A DNA stretch of 64,000 nt from Thainema sp. (GTDB lineage Bacteria > Cyanobacteriota > Cyanobacteriia > Phormidesmidales > Phormidesmidaceae), in the NCBI GenBank assembly GCA_052168235.1, contig JBQLZK010000034.1, positions 1 through 64,000 of the forward strand. Direction: 5' to 3'. Of this stretch, positions 20,875 through 30,658 are shown piece by piece. A program made the translations under genes and the position numbers. The stretch's first letter is position 1, and each line of letters begins with the position of its first letter. The notes under the pieces were generated by a model. The model made no database searches and was not told the DNA's origin. It was given only the letters and a program-made list of their open reading frames with translations.

Positions 20875-21176
20875 TTTAATAACCCTGTAGTGAACAACTA
20901 ATCCGAAGTCATTTCGTATAGTGGTTTAGTATAACGGACTGGGGATCATCGCAAATCCCTTGTCTGGTGGATGATCCCCGTTAAGAAACGACGGTTAATC
21001 TACCTATGGGGCAGTTGCCATGAAGATAGTTTTCTGGAGGTGTGAGTGATTCATCCCTTACGGGGTAGGGGTTACACCCATCATGCCTGGGTGCCAACTT
21101 ATGTGTTTTTACGGAAAAGAGTAGGCTGGCTTGTGTGAAATTCATGTAAAGATTACCCTTCTTATTAAAATTTCTT

Positions 21177-22112
21177 ATGAAAAAAATTGATCCACTCTCA
21201 ATTCGGCATCGTTTAGCTGCACATTTGGCTGAAATTGTGCGCGATCGCAATCCCTATTTGAACCAGGGGGATCACTTTTGGGTGCAGTGTTACATCCGGC
21301 AGCAGTTTGAGCAATTGGGTACCGTTACGACCCATGAATTCGACGTGCGGGGACGGACTCACACCAACTGGATCGTGAATTTGCCGTTTCAGCCTGTGTC
21401 GAACCGTGACCAAAATCAGAATGAAACCCGTGCTGACGCGCACTCCCCTGCCGCACCCAGCAAGCGGCAGAATCGCCCCATTCTAATTGGCGCTCATTAC
21501 GATACAGTGCCGGGTTCGCCAGGTGCCGACGATAATGCTAGCGGCGTAGCGGTTTTGTTCGAATTGGGTCGCTTGCTGACGGAATTTCCGAGTAACTGGC
21601 CAGTTCGGCTAGTTGCGTTCGACATGGAGGAATATGGGTTATCGGGCAGCCGGGCCTATGCCGCTCACCTCAAACGGCAGCGGCAAAAACTACGGCTCAT
21701 GCTGGGTCTAGAAATGCTGGGCTACCGCAGTTCAGAGTCCGGTTCTCAGTCCTACCCGCTTTATTCACCTGGCCTGCAATTGTTCTATCCTGACCAGGGC
21801 GATTTTATTGGTTTAATTGGCAATCTGCGCGCCATTCCCGATCTGCGCCATTTGAGCAGAGCAATGCGGCAGGCTAAAGCTCAGTGCTACTGGCTACCTG
21901 TACCGCTCTTAGGTTGGGCAGTACCGGATACCCGCCGCAGCGACCATTCGCCCTTCTGGGATCGCGGCGATCGGGCCATCATGGTGACCGACACGGCAAA
22001 CTTGCGAAATCCCAACTACCACAAGCCCAGCGATACACTGGACACGCTCGATTTAGATTTCCTTACTCAAAATTGCCTAGGACTATTTGAAGGAATTCGT
22101 ACGCTGGCTTAA
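21177..22112 (+). CDS. M28 family metallopeptidase
   Basis: GAHYDT, GADDNASG, DMEE, EMLG, SDH, YH. Confidence 0.9.
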   Translation: MKKIDPLSIRHRLAAHLAEIVRDRNPYLNQGDHFWVQCYIRQQFEQLGTVTTHEFDVRGRTHTNWIVNLPFQPVSNRDQNQNETRADAHSPAAPSKRQNRPILIGAHYDTVPGSPGADDNASGVAVLFELGRLLTEFPSNWPVRLVAFDMEEYGLSGSRAYAAHLKRQRQKLRLMLGLEMLGYRSSESGSQSYPLYSPGLQLFYPDQGDFIGLIGNLRAIPDLRHLSRAMRQAKAQCYWLPVPLLGWAVPDTRRSDHSPFWDRGDRAIMVTDTANLRNPNYHKPSDTLDTLDLDFLTQNCLGLFEGIRTLA

Positions 22113-22135
22113 TTCAACTTTGTCTTTAAGAATAA

Positions 22136-22167
22136 GAAAGAGGGCTGTGCATGCACAGCCCTCTTTC
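22136..22167. terminator. bidirectional terminator between the M28 gene and the tRNA
   Basis: 32-bp palindrome GAAAGAGGGCTGTGCATGCACAGCCCTCTTTC. Confidence 0.75.
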
Positions 22168-22173
22168 ATTCAA

Positions 22174-22260
22174 CGGAGAGGGAGGGATTCGAACCCTCGT
22201 TAGAGTTACCCCTAAACAGCATTTCCAGTGCTGCGCCTTCAACCACTCGGCCACCTCTCC
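22174..22260 (-). tRNA. trnS: tRNA-Ser(GGA)
   Basis: Reverse complement GGAGAGGTGGCCGAGTGG...CAGCA-CT-GGA-AA-TGCTG, long variable arm, GGTTCGAATCC T-loop; CCA not encoded. Confidence 0.97.
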
Positions 22261-22461
22261 AGGGGGTATTTAATTGTCGCGTTTGACACGCGAACTTTAT
22301 CCTAGCAAACTCTGGTACCCGTGAAAATGGGCAACCGTAACTTATTTCATTATTTTGCCCAGAAATTTACGCTGGAAATTGTTGCGATCGCACCAAACCC
22401 CACAACTTTTGCGTAAGATCAAAGCTGACCTGACCGTTATCTGTGTTGGTATTCAGCCTCA

Positions 22462-22848
22462 ATGACTTTATCTAAACCTGCAACCTGCACCCACACCATC
22501 CGCATTCGTCATCGTCAACGCGGCGAAGAATATACGGTGCAAGTCCCCGAAGATCGCTACATTCTACAAACTGCTGAGAACCAAGGAGCCAATCTGCCCT
22601 TTTCCTGCCGCAATGGAGCCTGCACAAGCTGTGCTGTGCGGGTTATTTCAGGTGAACTAGAACAGCCAGAAGCCATGGGGCTATCTCCTGACTTGCGTCG
22701 TCAGGGCTATGCGCTGCTGTGCGTCAGCTATCCCCGCTCTGACTTGGTCGTTGAAACCCAAGACGAAGATGAAGTGTACGAACTCCAGTTTGGTCGCTAC
22801 TTCGGTAAGGGCAAAGTCCGCTTCGGCTTACCGTTAGAGGACGATTAA
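22462..22848 (+). CDS. 2Fe-2S ferredoxin, Fed2/FdC2 type
   Basis: CRNGACTSC...LLC plus the C-terminal extension QDEDEVYELQFGRYF. Confidence 0.9.
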   Translation: MTLSKPATCTHTIRIRHRQRGEEYTVQVPEDRYILQTAENQGANLPFSCRNGACTSCAVRVISGELEQPEAMGLSPDLRRQGYALLCVSYPRSDLVVETQDEDEVYELQFGRYFGKGKVRFGLPLEDD

Positions 22849-22977
22849 ACATGCACATTCAATCAGTTTGATGACAGTTCGATGAGCGGCGCTCACCCTA
22901 CGGGATTTAAGCGCATCGTTGGGAAAGAAATCGGGTTCAACTATGATGGCTAAGGCGATCAGTTGAACCCAAGATTT

Positions 22978-23802
22978 ATGTCTGAGCAATATAGCCCTAC
23001 TGAACTGCAACTTTTTCTCGATATTGCCACTGAAGCCGCGCTGGCGGGTGGTGCTGTACTTGAAACCTACTGGGGCAACCTGGATACGGTCGAAGAGAAA
23101 GGGCGTTCAGGCGATCTGGTCACGATTGCCGATAAAGAAGCTGAAGCTGCCGTTTTGTCGGTCATTCAGCGCCATTTCCCTGAACACGCCATCCTGGCGG
23201 AAGAGTCAGGCAAACTGGGTGACCAAGCCGCACCGCTGCTCTGGGCGATTGATCCCCTCGACGGCACCACAAACTATGCCCACCAATATCCCTTTTCCTC
23301 TACATCCGTTGGCTTATTAATTAATGGAGTGCCTGCGGTGGGAGCCATTTACGACCCGTTCCACCGCGAGCTGTTCCGGGCCGCCAAAGGACTCGGCGCA
23401 ACCCGCAACCGCCGCTCCATTCAGGTATCGCAAACAGCAGATCTAAAAGATAGCCTGCTGGTAACTGGATTTGCCTACGATCGGCGGGAAACGAACGACA
23501 ATAACTACGCTGAGTTTTGCCGCTTTACCCATCTGACGCAGGGTGTGCGGCGGGGCGGTTCGGCCTCGATTGACTTGGCCTATGTGGCCTGCGGTCGGCT
23601 GGATGGCTACTGGGAGCGAGGTCTGTCGCCGTGGGATTTGGCGGCAGGGGTTGTGATTGTGGAAGAAGCGGGTGGTCAAGTGACGGCGTATGATGGCAGT
23701 CCCTTTGATATTCAATCGGGACGCATTTTGGCTTCTAACGGTCATTTGCACCCAGCCATGCAGGATGTCTTACAGCAGGTACAGCCACTAGAGCGATTTT
23801 GA
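22978..23802 (+). CDS. inositol monophosphatase family protein
   Basis: DLVT.AD, LAEE, WAIDPLDGTTNY, PWDLAAG. Confidence 0.93.
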   Translation: MSEQYSPTELQLFLDIATEAALAGGAVLETYWGNLDTVEEKGRSGDLVTIADKEAEAAVLSVIQRHFPEHAILAEESGKLGDQAAPLLWAIDPLDGTTNYAHQYPFSSTSVGLLINGVPAVGAIYDPFHRELFRAAKGLGATRNRRSIQVSQTADLKDSLLVTGFAYDRRETNDNNYAEFCRFTHLTQGVRRGGSASIDLAYVACGRLDGYWERGLSPWDLAAGVVIVEEAGGQVTAYDGSPFDIQSGRILASNGHLHPAMQDVLQQVQPLERF

Positions 23803-23950
23803 TTGATTCATCCCAACCCACGCCCAATCAATTGATTGAGATGTTCAATTTTTGATGGAAATCGGCTATTTGACAGCCAACATCGCCCTACAACGCTCCA
23901 TCTTGTTTCACAATGTAAAGAACTGGGCCTGTAGAGATTGTTTGGAACGA

Positions 23951-24847
23951 ATGGCGCGCTTTACTCCGACTCTGATTGAAAATCTGACCGAATCGACCTC
24001 GATTGCCATGATGAAAAACATGGTGCGATCGCAGATTCCCACTCCGCTTTCGGAGCAACCGATCGAAACGGCCTACGTCAAGCAGGGCCAGTCGGACACG
24101 CCAATTGTGCTGATTGCGGGGTTTGACAGTTCGCTGCTGGAGTTTCGGCGATTGCTGCCGCTGTTGGCGACGGAGGCGGAAACTTGGGCGGTGGACATTC
24201 TGGGCTTTGGCTTTACCGATCGGCCCGCAGATGTCGAGTATTCGCCGGAGGCCATTAAGCTCCATCTGCATGCGTTTTGGCAAACGTTAATCAAGCGTCC
24301 GATAGTACTGGTCGGGGCATCAATGGGCGGGGCAGCGGCGATTGATTTTGCGCTGACCTATCCCGAATGCGTGGCGCAACTGGTGCTGCTGGATAGTGCA
24401 GGCTTTGCGGCTGGGCCGGCGATGGGTAAGCTGATGTTTCCACCGCTGGATCGCTGGGCGACCAATTTCTTAGCCAGTGCCTGGGTGCGGCAAAAGATTA
24501 GCGAGAATGCCTACTGCGATCGCGCTTTTGCCACGGAAGATGCCCGCATCTGTGCGGCACTGCATTTGGAGCATCCCAACTGGGCCAAGGCGCTGATTTC
24601 GTTTACCAAGAGCGGCGGCTACAACTTCCTCAGCGACAAAATTGCCCGAATTTCTCAAGACACGCTGATTATTTGGGGAGAACGCGATCGCATCCTCGGC
24701 ACGAAAGACGCCCACAAGTTTGAGAAGACGGTGGCCAATAGCAAACTGGTCTGGATTCCCAACTGTGGCCATGTGCCGCATCTGGAGAAGCCTCAAGAGA
24801 CGGCTCAGCCAATTCTAGAGTTTCAGCGGCAGGGATTGACGGTTTAA
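23951..24847 (+). CDS. alpha/beta fold hydrolase
   Basis: GFDSS, D..GFG, nucleophile elbow GASMGG, CGHVPH. Confidence 0.9.
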   Translation: MARFTPTLIENLTESTSIAMMKNMVRSQIPTPLSEQPIETAYVKQGQSDTPIVLIAGFDSSLLEFRRLLPLLATEAETWAVDILGFGFTDRPADVEYSPEAIKLHLHAFWQTLIKRPIVLVGASMGGAAAIDFALTYPECVAQLVLLDSAGFAAGPAMGKLMFPPLDRWATNFLASAWVRQKISENAYCDRAFATEDARICAALHLEHPNWAKALISFTKSGGYNFLSDKIARISQDTLIIWGERDRILGTKDAHKFEKTVANSKLVWIPNCGHVPHLEKPQETAQPILEFQRQGLTV

Positions 24848-25974
24848 GTTGCGCTGCTTGTTTGGTTACTGTGATGGTGGATCACGGGCAAGGGAGAATA
24901 CGCTTTGTTGGCAGATCCAGCGGCATTCAAGAATTTATCGATGATTTCCTGCTGATGCAGAATCCGTGCCTCTAGGGGATGAATGGGGCCAGGTGTGTAG
25001 ACGCCGCTGGCATAACCCCGCTGCACCTGTTCGGTGATGGCCATGTCTTCAGCCATGAAGGTTTCGAACTCGTCTAGAAGCTGATCGACGGATGAACTGA
25101 GAGCGGGGATGCCATATACTTCCAGGTGAATGGTGCAGGTGTTCACCGTGACTGGATCAATTCGTATCCAAGCCAGGATGCCGTTTGGGAGTGCCAGCAG
25201 GTGCAGATTGGGGAAGATACCAAAGGTGAAAAAGCCGAGGCGGTTGCGATCGCACAAATGCTCCAGTGTCGAATTCTCGGCTCGCCAGCGGGGTGTTGTC
25301 GGCGTGTATAGATAATTCACGAAGCGGTCAAACTGATGTTCGTACTGGTTGACAGGGCCTTGAATCTTGTGCAGCGTGTGGCGATGGGTCACGGCAACGT
25401 GATAGTCGCATAGGGTGTTGTCGTGATAGACCTTCCAGTTGCAGGCGACGGTGTAAGTTTTGCGAATGAGGGGTTGAGTGTCGGCGGTGCGATAGCCCTG
25501 AATGGTTTCTGGGATGGGTGATAAGAACTCGGCCAGAGGCGGTGCGTCGGCATCAAAGCTGATGAAGGCAAAATTGGCCCAGGTTTCAAGTCGAACGGCG
25601 TGAAGGGAATAGTCAGCTAAGCAAAAGTCTGCTGGAAACTGCTGCTGCGCGGCGGTACCAATCAGTTCGCCGTCTAGGGAGTAAACCCAGGCGTGATAAG
25701 GGCAGACGAGGTGCTTGGCGGATTGGGGAGTGCTGGACTGGCAGAAGGCGGCAGCGCGATGCGGGCAAACGTTGTGGTAGGCGCGCAGATCGCCGGATTG
25801 GGTTCTGACCAACAGGATGCTGCGGTTGGCAATGTCGATGGTTTGGACGGTGCTGGGGGCGAGGTGCAGGCTGTCGCCGATGTAGAGCCAGGTGCGATGG
25901 AAGATGTGGGTTTGTTCGAGGGGTGGAATGGTGGGGGAGGTGTAGAGGTGGGGGGGAAGGAGGAAGGTTGGCAT
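24844..25974 (-). CDS. Rieske non-heme iron oxygenase alpha subunit (choline monooxygenase/CntA-like)
   Basis: Rieske ligands CPH...CPYH; NWK..DN...YH....H; ED...E.VQRG. Confidence 0.9.
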   Translation of the reverse strand: MPTFLLPPHLYTSPTIPPLEQTHIFHRTWLYIGDSLHLAPSTVQTIDIANRSILLVRTQSGDLRAYHNVCPHRAAAFCQSSTPQSAKHLVCPYHAWVYSLDGELIGTAAQQQFPADFCLADYSLHAVRLETWANFAFISFDADAPPLAEFLSPIPETIQGYRTADTQPLIRKTYTVACNWKVYHDNTLCDYHVAVTHRHTLHKIQGPVNQYEHQFDRFVNYLYTPTTPRWRAENSTLEHLCDRNRLGFFTFGIFPNLHLLALPNGILAWIRIDPVTVNTCTIHLEVYGIPALSSSVDQLLDEFETFMAEDMAITEQVQRGYASGVYTPGPIHPLEARILHQQEIIDKFLNAAGSANKAYSPLPVIHHHSNQTSSAT

Positions 25975-26241
25975 TGGGAGATGCTACTGGGGAGGGTTAG
26001 TTGGGAGATGTTGGTTGGAAGATGTTAGTTGGGTGTTAGAGGTTGGTTCTGAGGGGACTAGCCCCCTCAGACTCCCCCACTGGTGCGTTCCGACGCCCCA
26101 GGCCCCCCCGGACGAGTTGATCGGTAGGTCGTGTCACAGCGCTTCGCTTTGCTGGAGTGATCGGGCGTTACCTGTGAAGGCTTCCAAGGTTTGGCGTTCC
26201 GCCAAACCGCTACACATCACAGATAGCTGTTGATGCTCACA

Positions 26242-26343
26242 GGTTATTTGTTTGGAGGGGGTCTGGGGGACGCAACCGTCCTCCAGCGGGGGCGTGGGGG
26301 CAAGCCGCCCCCACAAACGGGGTTTTCGCAACAAATTAGCTAT
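26242..26343. repeat. GC-rich hairpin mini-element with short terminal inverted repeats
   Basis: GGTTATTTGTT...AACAAATTAGC ends enclosing TGGGGGACG/CGTCCTCCA and TGGGGGC/GCCCCCA hairpins. Confidence 0.55.
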
Positions 26344-26360
26344 CCTATCGCAAACATTCC

Positions 26361-27134
26361 CTAACCCTTCACTGTGGCAACTTCCCTTCCCCTCAGCAAA
26401 TCCATAATTTCCTCCCGATACGTGTGAAACTTCGATAGTCGCTTAACGTGATAAGTGCGATCGCACGGTAAATCTATCTCAAACTCCTGCTGCACGGTTC
26501 CTGGACGAGCCGACAGCACATAGATCCGCTGAGAGAGGAAAACCGCTTCTTCGACATCGTGGGTAATCATTAAAATACTGGTGCCTGTTTGTCGCCAGAG
26601 GTCAAGCAAAAACTCCTGCATGGATTCTTTAGTTTGTACGTCCAATGCCCCGAAGGGTTCATCCATCAGCAAAATTTTGGGCTGGCAGGCCAGAGCACGT
26701 GCGATCGCAACTCGCTGTTTCATGCCGCCAGAAAGTTCTTTGGGTAGAGAACCGGCAAATTGAGTCAGGCCGACGACATTGAGATAGTAGGAGGCGCGTT
26801 GGCGACGTTCGGCTTTATCGATGCCTTGTAGTTTGAGGCCAAATTCGACGTTTTTCTGGACGGTCATCCAGGGATAAAGGGTGTAGCTTTGGAACACCAT
26901 GCCTCGGTCGGCTCCTGGGCCAATTACGGGTTGGCCATCGACGATGATTTCGCCGGAGGTAGGCTGATCGAGTCCGGCCACCAAGCGTAGCAGGGTGGAT
27001 TTACCGGAGCCGGATGCGCCAACAACGCAGACAAATTCGCCCGTTTCCACATGAAGGTTAATGTCCTTCAGCGCTACTAGGGTGCCGTTATGAACGGGAA
27101 ACTGCTTATAGAGGTGGTTAATTTCGAGGTGCAT
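26361..27134 (-). CDS. ABC transporter ATP-binding protein (NrtD/TauB-like; putative guanidine uptake)
   Basis: GASGSGKS, LSGGMKQR, LLMDEPFGALD; operon context. Confidence 0.92.
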   Translation of the reverse strand: MHLEINHLYKQFPVHNGTLVALKDINLHVETGEFVCVVGASGSGKSTLLRLVAGLDQPTSGEIIVDGQPVIGPGADRGMVFQSYTLYPWMTVQKNVEFGLKLQGIDKAERRQRASYYLNVVGLTQFAGSLPKELSGGMKQRVAIARALACQPKILLMDEPFGALDVQTKESMQEFLLDLWRQTGTSILMITHDVEEAVFLSQRIYVLSARPGTVQQEFEIDLPCDRTYHVKRLSKFHTYREEIMDLLRGREVATVKG

Positions 27135-27193
27135 AATCGATTCAAAATACTAAACAAAATAGGAGCGGAATTTATATCAATTCGGTGAGTCTC

Positions 27194-27269
27194 GTAGGTT
27201 GGATTTCGCGTTGCTCAACCCAACATTTTCAGGGCTTGTTGGGTTTCGTTATCACTCAACCCAACCTAC
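27194..27269. repeat. REP-like GTAGGTTGG...AACCCAACCTAC repeat
   Basis: Paired palindromic units; the right half recurs at 61022-61051. Confidence 0.7.
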
Positions 27270-27285
27270 AAAATTGATGACTAGC

Positions 27286-28125
27286 TCAAAATGCCCATTT
27301 ACAGGTAAATTTCAAGAGCTGACGAAAGAAGAGATCTAGGCCAAAACCAATCAGCCCCAGCACAATCAAGCAGGCAAAAATCTCATCGGTGTTGAGGAAC
27401 TTCTGAGCGAGCACAATGCGCTTACCGAGGCCAACTTCGGCGGCGAGCAGTTCCGCTACGACCACCAGGTTCCAAGATGTGGCGATGTTGATCCGGAAGG
27501 CGTCAATGATGCTGGGCACCACGTATGGCGTAATCACTTGAAACAACACCTGAGACCGTCTGCCGCCGAGAGTGTAGGTGGATTCAATCAGGTCTTTGGG
27601 CACGAACTTGACCGCATCCATAATCATCAGGATGTTGAAAAATAATGTTCCGATAAAAATCAGCGCGATCTTGGGGGCTTCACCAATGCCCAGGTAGATG
27701 ATCAGTAACGGAATAAACGCGGGCGCAGGCATGTAGCGGAGGATGCCGCTGATCGGTTCAAACAGCGATCGCACACTAGCAAAGGCTCCCATTGCAATAC
27801 CAATCGGCGTAGCAATGATGGCTGAAAGCAAAAAGCCAATGCTGACCCGCGCAAAGCTCGCACCAATGTCCTGCAAGAGAAAGCCTCGCTCCCAAAGGCT
27901 AACCAAGGCAGCAATCACATCAGCGGGACTGGGCAGAAAAACGGGATCAATTTCAGTAAACGCGGTTAGCACCCACCACAGGGTTAGGGGAATCGCAACC
28001 GATAAGATCATTAACGTCCAATTGAGGGACGCTGGAATGGCTTCTGCAATCCGCCAAAAAACCGTGGGTCTGAGCTGTCCAGCAGGTACGCTCAAGGATT
28101 TAGCGGGACCAAAGTCAGGATTCAT
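27286..28125 (-). CDS. ABC transporter permease (SsuC/TauC-like; putative guanidine uptake)
   Basis: FLPSP, RYMPAPAFIPL, VVAEL....GLG; operon context. Confidence 0.92.
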   Translation of the reverse strand: MNPDFGPAKSLSVPAGQLRPTVFWRIAEAIPASLNWTLMILSVAIPLTLWWVLTAFTEIDPVFLPSPADVIAALVSLWERGFLLQDIGASFARVSIGFLLSAIIATPIGIAMGAFASVRSLFEPISGILRYMPAPAFIPLLIIYLGIGEAPKIALIFIGTLFFNILMIMDAVKFVPKDLIESTYTLGGRRSQVLFQVITPYVVPSIIDAFRINIATSWNLVVVAELLAAEVGLGKRIVLAQKFLNTDEIFACLIVLGLIGFGLDLFFRQLLKFTCKWAF

Positions 28126-28237
28126 GATTAGAAATTAAAAATAAGTGTGCGAGGAAGCTGGGTAAGGGCGAAAGGCATTTCGCCCTCAAATAACAGGAAT
28201 TCAAAAATAGGTTGTCTAAGGATTGTGGATTAAATAG

Positions 28238-28321
28238 CCTGTAAACCGTTCTGTCCGTAGGGATACGGCATTGCCGTGTCCCTACCCAAAGATTTCACTC
28301 GTTAAAACCCGCCTTTACAGG
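28238..28321. repeat. mini-element with CCTGTAAA/TTTACAGG ends and a GTAGGG...CCCTAC REP-like hairpin
   Basis: Hairpin GTAGGGATACGGCATTGCCGTGTCCCTAC at 28257-28285. Confidence 0.65.
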
Positions 28322-28345
28322 GTGTACGACAGGGGCACTAACGAC

Positions 28346-29392
28346 TTAACCTGCCTGCGTCGCGGCGTATGCCTCAACAAAACGGCTATCGAAAAGAGTG
28401 GTCAGATCAGGTGCTTCGGGAATAAAACCAACATCCACCATGAAATTGGCCATTTCTTGAGCGGCATAGGGCATGTGCGTCATGTCATCGCCATCGCTAA
28501 AAGCCTCTAGGTTGTCCTCAAGTGTGAACATCCTGGTGCCTTCTTTCAGCATTTGCAGCTCTTCAATCGAGACATTGGCGCGGGCAGCCATGATTTCGTC
28601 GGCCCGTTCGGGATTCTCTTCCATAAAGGCGAGAATATCGAACCAGGTATTGACCATTGCTTGCGCTTGATCAGGCCGCTCGTCAACTAGCGTTTGAGTC
28701 AACACGAGTAGGTCAGGAATCGCTCCCGGATATTCTGCGGACGACAGCAATTCTTTGCTACCTTCTCGCTTCAGCGCCGTCAGCCAAAAGGGAGGAAACG
28801 CACCTACGGCATCCACTTGGCCAGCGGCAAAGGCGGCAGCAGCAGCGCCCGTTTCTAGATCAACAATTTCCACATCATCACGGGACATACCATTCTCTTC
28901 CAGGGCCAGCGTCAGCAAAAAATCATCGACGACGCCTGCTTCCACGGCCACTTTTTTGCCTGACAAGTCCTGAATCGAATTGATGTCTTCCGTGACGATA
29001 ATCTTGTCGTTGCCAGCGGAGTTGTCGTTCACCAAGACAACAACCTCGCCATTCACGGCGTCAGCGGCAAAGGAAATGGTGTCGTTCAGCGTTTGACAGT
29101 TGCCGTCAAGCTGTCCGGCGGCCAAAGCCTCCATTGACGCCAGATAGCCGTCGAACCACTTCAGCTCCACATTGGCTCCGTTTTGCTCAAATAGCCCTTC
29201 CTCTTCCGCGATCGCCCACGGCCACCAGCCCGCCCAGTTGCTATAGCCAATGACAATCGTTTCTCCGGCGGGAGCGGGAGCCACTGCATCGGGCGATTCG
29301 CTCGTCTCTTGGTTTCTGGGTGTACAGCCAACTGCGATCGCAGTTGCCAGCACAAACATGACGCAAAGCGAAAGGAGTCTGCGTAACTTCAT
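28346..29392 (-). CDS. ABC transporter substrate-binding lipoprotein (putative guanidine-binding)
   Basis: Lipobox AVGC; YSNWAGWWPW, NDNSAGND; lies in the gdmH operon. Confidence 0.88.
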   Translation of the reverse strand: MKLRRLLSLCVMFVLATAIAVGCTPRNQETSESPDAVAPAPAGETIVIGYSNWAGWWPWAIAEEEGLFEQNGANVELKWFDGYLASMEALAAGQLDGNCQTLNDTISFAADAVNGEVVVLVNDNSAGNDKIIVTEDINSIQDLSGKKVAVEAGVVDDFLLTLALEENGMSRDDVEIVDLETGAAAAAFAAGQVDAVGAFPPFWLTALKREGSKELLSSAEYPGAIPDLLVLTQTLVDERPDQAQAMVNTWFDILAFMEENPERADEIMAARANVSIEELQMLKEGTRMFTLEDNLEAFSDGDDMTHMPYAAQEMANFMVDVGFIPEAPDLTTLFDSRFVEAYAATQAG

Positions 29393-29470
29393 CAACTTTC
29401 CTCAAAAACAAAACTTCAATCACAGAGAACACGCAACAGGTCACCCACAACAGCCAATCCACCTTTGAAC

Positions 29471-29505
29471 CCAATCCAAAAATCGGCAATCCAAAATCCA
29501 AAATC
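29471..29505. repeat. short tandem heptamer repeat (AATCCAA, STRR-like)
   Basis: CAATCCAAAAATCGGCAATCCAAAATCCAAAATC. Confidence 0.5.
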
Positions 29506-30196
29506 AAATCAAGGCAGGTTCAGTTTGGTGGATCAGGTGAGATCGCACCCAGTCGTACCAGCTATCTAACCCTTCGCCTGTTTTGGTCGAAACCGGGATA
29601 ATCGCGCAGTGGGGATTCATCTGGCGGACGTTGGCTTCAATTTGGGCCAAGTCCACATCTAGGTAAGGCACAAGATCAATTTTGGTGATCAGCAGACAGT
29701 TAGCTTCTTGGAACATCACCGGATATTTCAGCGGTTTGTCCTCTCCTTCTGTGACGCTCAGGAGTGCGACCTTGGCGTGTTCGCCCACTTCAAACTCGGC
29801 TGGGCACACAAGATTGCCAACGTTTTCCACCAGCACCAGGTCAAACTGATTGGGATCGTACTGGTGGCTGAGCTGATGAATGCCGCCCGCCACCATCTTG
29901 GAATCGAGATGGCAAGAGCGTCCGGTGTTGATAGCAATCACGGGTACACCATGCTGCCGGATGCGTTCGGCATCCAGTTCCGTGGTCATATCGCCTTCAA
30001 TCACGGCAATCTTCAAATCAGCGCTCAGTGTGGCAATGGTGCGCTCTAGCAGTGCAGTTTTGCCTGCTCCTGGGCTGCTCATAACGTTGAAGCAGGTGAT
30101 ACCCCACTCGTCGAAATGTTCGCGGTTGTGATCGGCTCCTTCCTGATTCGCATGGAGCAGATTAATTCCCAGAGCGGCGTCTACGGTTTGATGCAT
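29504..30196 (-). CDS. hypB: HypB-type Ni-insertion GTPase (guanidine hydrolase accessory, GhaB-like)
   Basis: [35 protein letters not shown]. Confidence 0.92.
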   Translation of the reverse strand: MHQTVDAALGINLLHANQEGADHNREHFDEWGITCFNVMSSPGAGKTALLERTIATLSADLKIAVIEGDMTTELDAERIRQHGVPVIAINTGRSCHLDSKMVAGGIHQLSHQYDPNQFDLVLVENVGNLVCPAEFEVGEHAKVALLSVTEGEDKPLKYPVMFQEANCLLITKIDLVPYLDVDLAQIEANVRQMNPHCAIIPVSTKTGEGLDSWYDWVRSHLIHQTEPALI

Positions 30197-30279
30197 AAGA
30201 ATACAGCGTTAACGGTGTTGATTTCGAAAAATTGAACAAAATACGGTCTTGGTGAGGCTGAAATGGCTTAAGCGAGTGA

Positions 30280-30648
30280 TTACGGCGAATAGCTCGCAGC
30301 AGTGGCATATTCCACCCGATCAATTTTCAGCTCACGGCCCGAACGGATATCTTCCATCGGGCTGCCGCAGTCGGGGCAGGCGTAGCGCAGGCCAATTTCG
30401 GGCTGATACTCCTGCTGGCAGGGATGACAATAGGCAATCAGTGGCACATCTTGAATCACCAATTCGGCTCCGTCTAAAAACGTGCCGCGCGTTTGGGCAT
30501 CAAAGGCAAACTGGAGACCAGCGGGTTCCACGCAGGTAAACTGCCCCACGACCAGATGCACCTTCGCAATGGGCTGCTGCTCCGCTTGCGACTCCCACCA
30601 GTCGCGCAGGGTGATAATCAGCGCTTTGGTCATATCAACTTCATGCAT
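30280..30648 (-). CDS. hypA: HypA-type Ni metallochaperone (GhaA-like)
   Basis: N-terminal MHE, two CxxC motifs, SGREL. Confidence 0.92.
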   Translation of the reverse strand: MHEVDMTKALIITLRDWWESQAEQQPIAKVHLVVGQFTCVEPAGLQFAFDAQTRGTFLDGAELVIQDVPLIAYCHPCQQEYQPEIGLRYACPDCGSPMEDIRSGRELKIDRVEYATAASYSP

Positions 30649-30658
30649 GGGTCATCTC

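Noticed and set aside
22174..22260. tRNA-Ser as the integration site of an island
   Set aside because: No integrase and no duplicated tRNA 3' end was seen; the flanking genes look like core genes.
22462..22848. Ferredoxin as the dedicated partner of the Rieske oxygenase
   Set aside because: It is on the opposite strand, is a conserved Fed2-type housekeeping ferredoxin, and is linked to the inositol monophosphatase gene.
29504..30648. hypA/hypB as evidence of a hydrogenase cluster
   Set aside because: No hydrogenase or hypCDEF genes; the context fits Ni loading of guanidine hydrolase.
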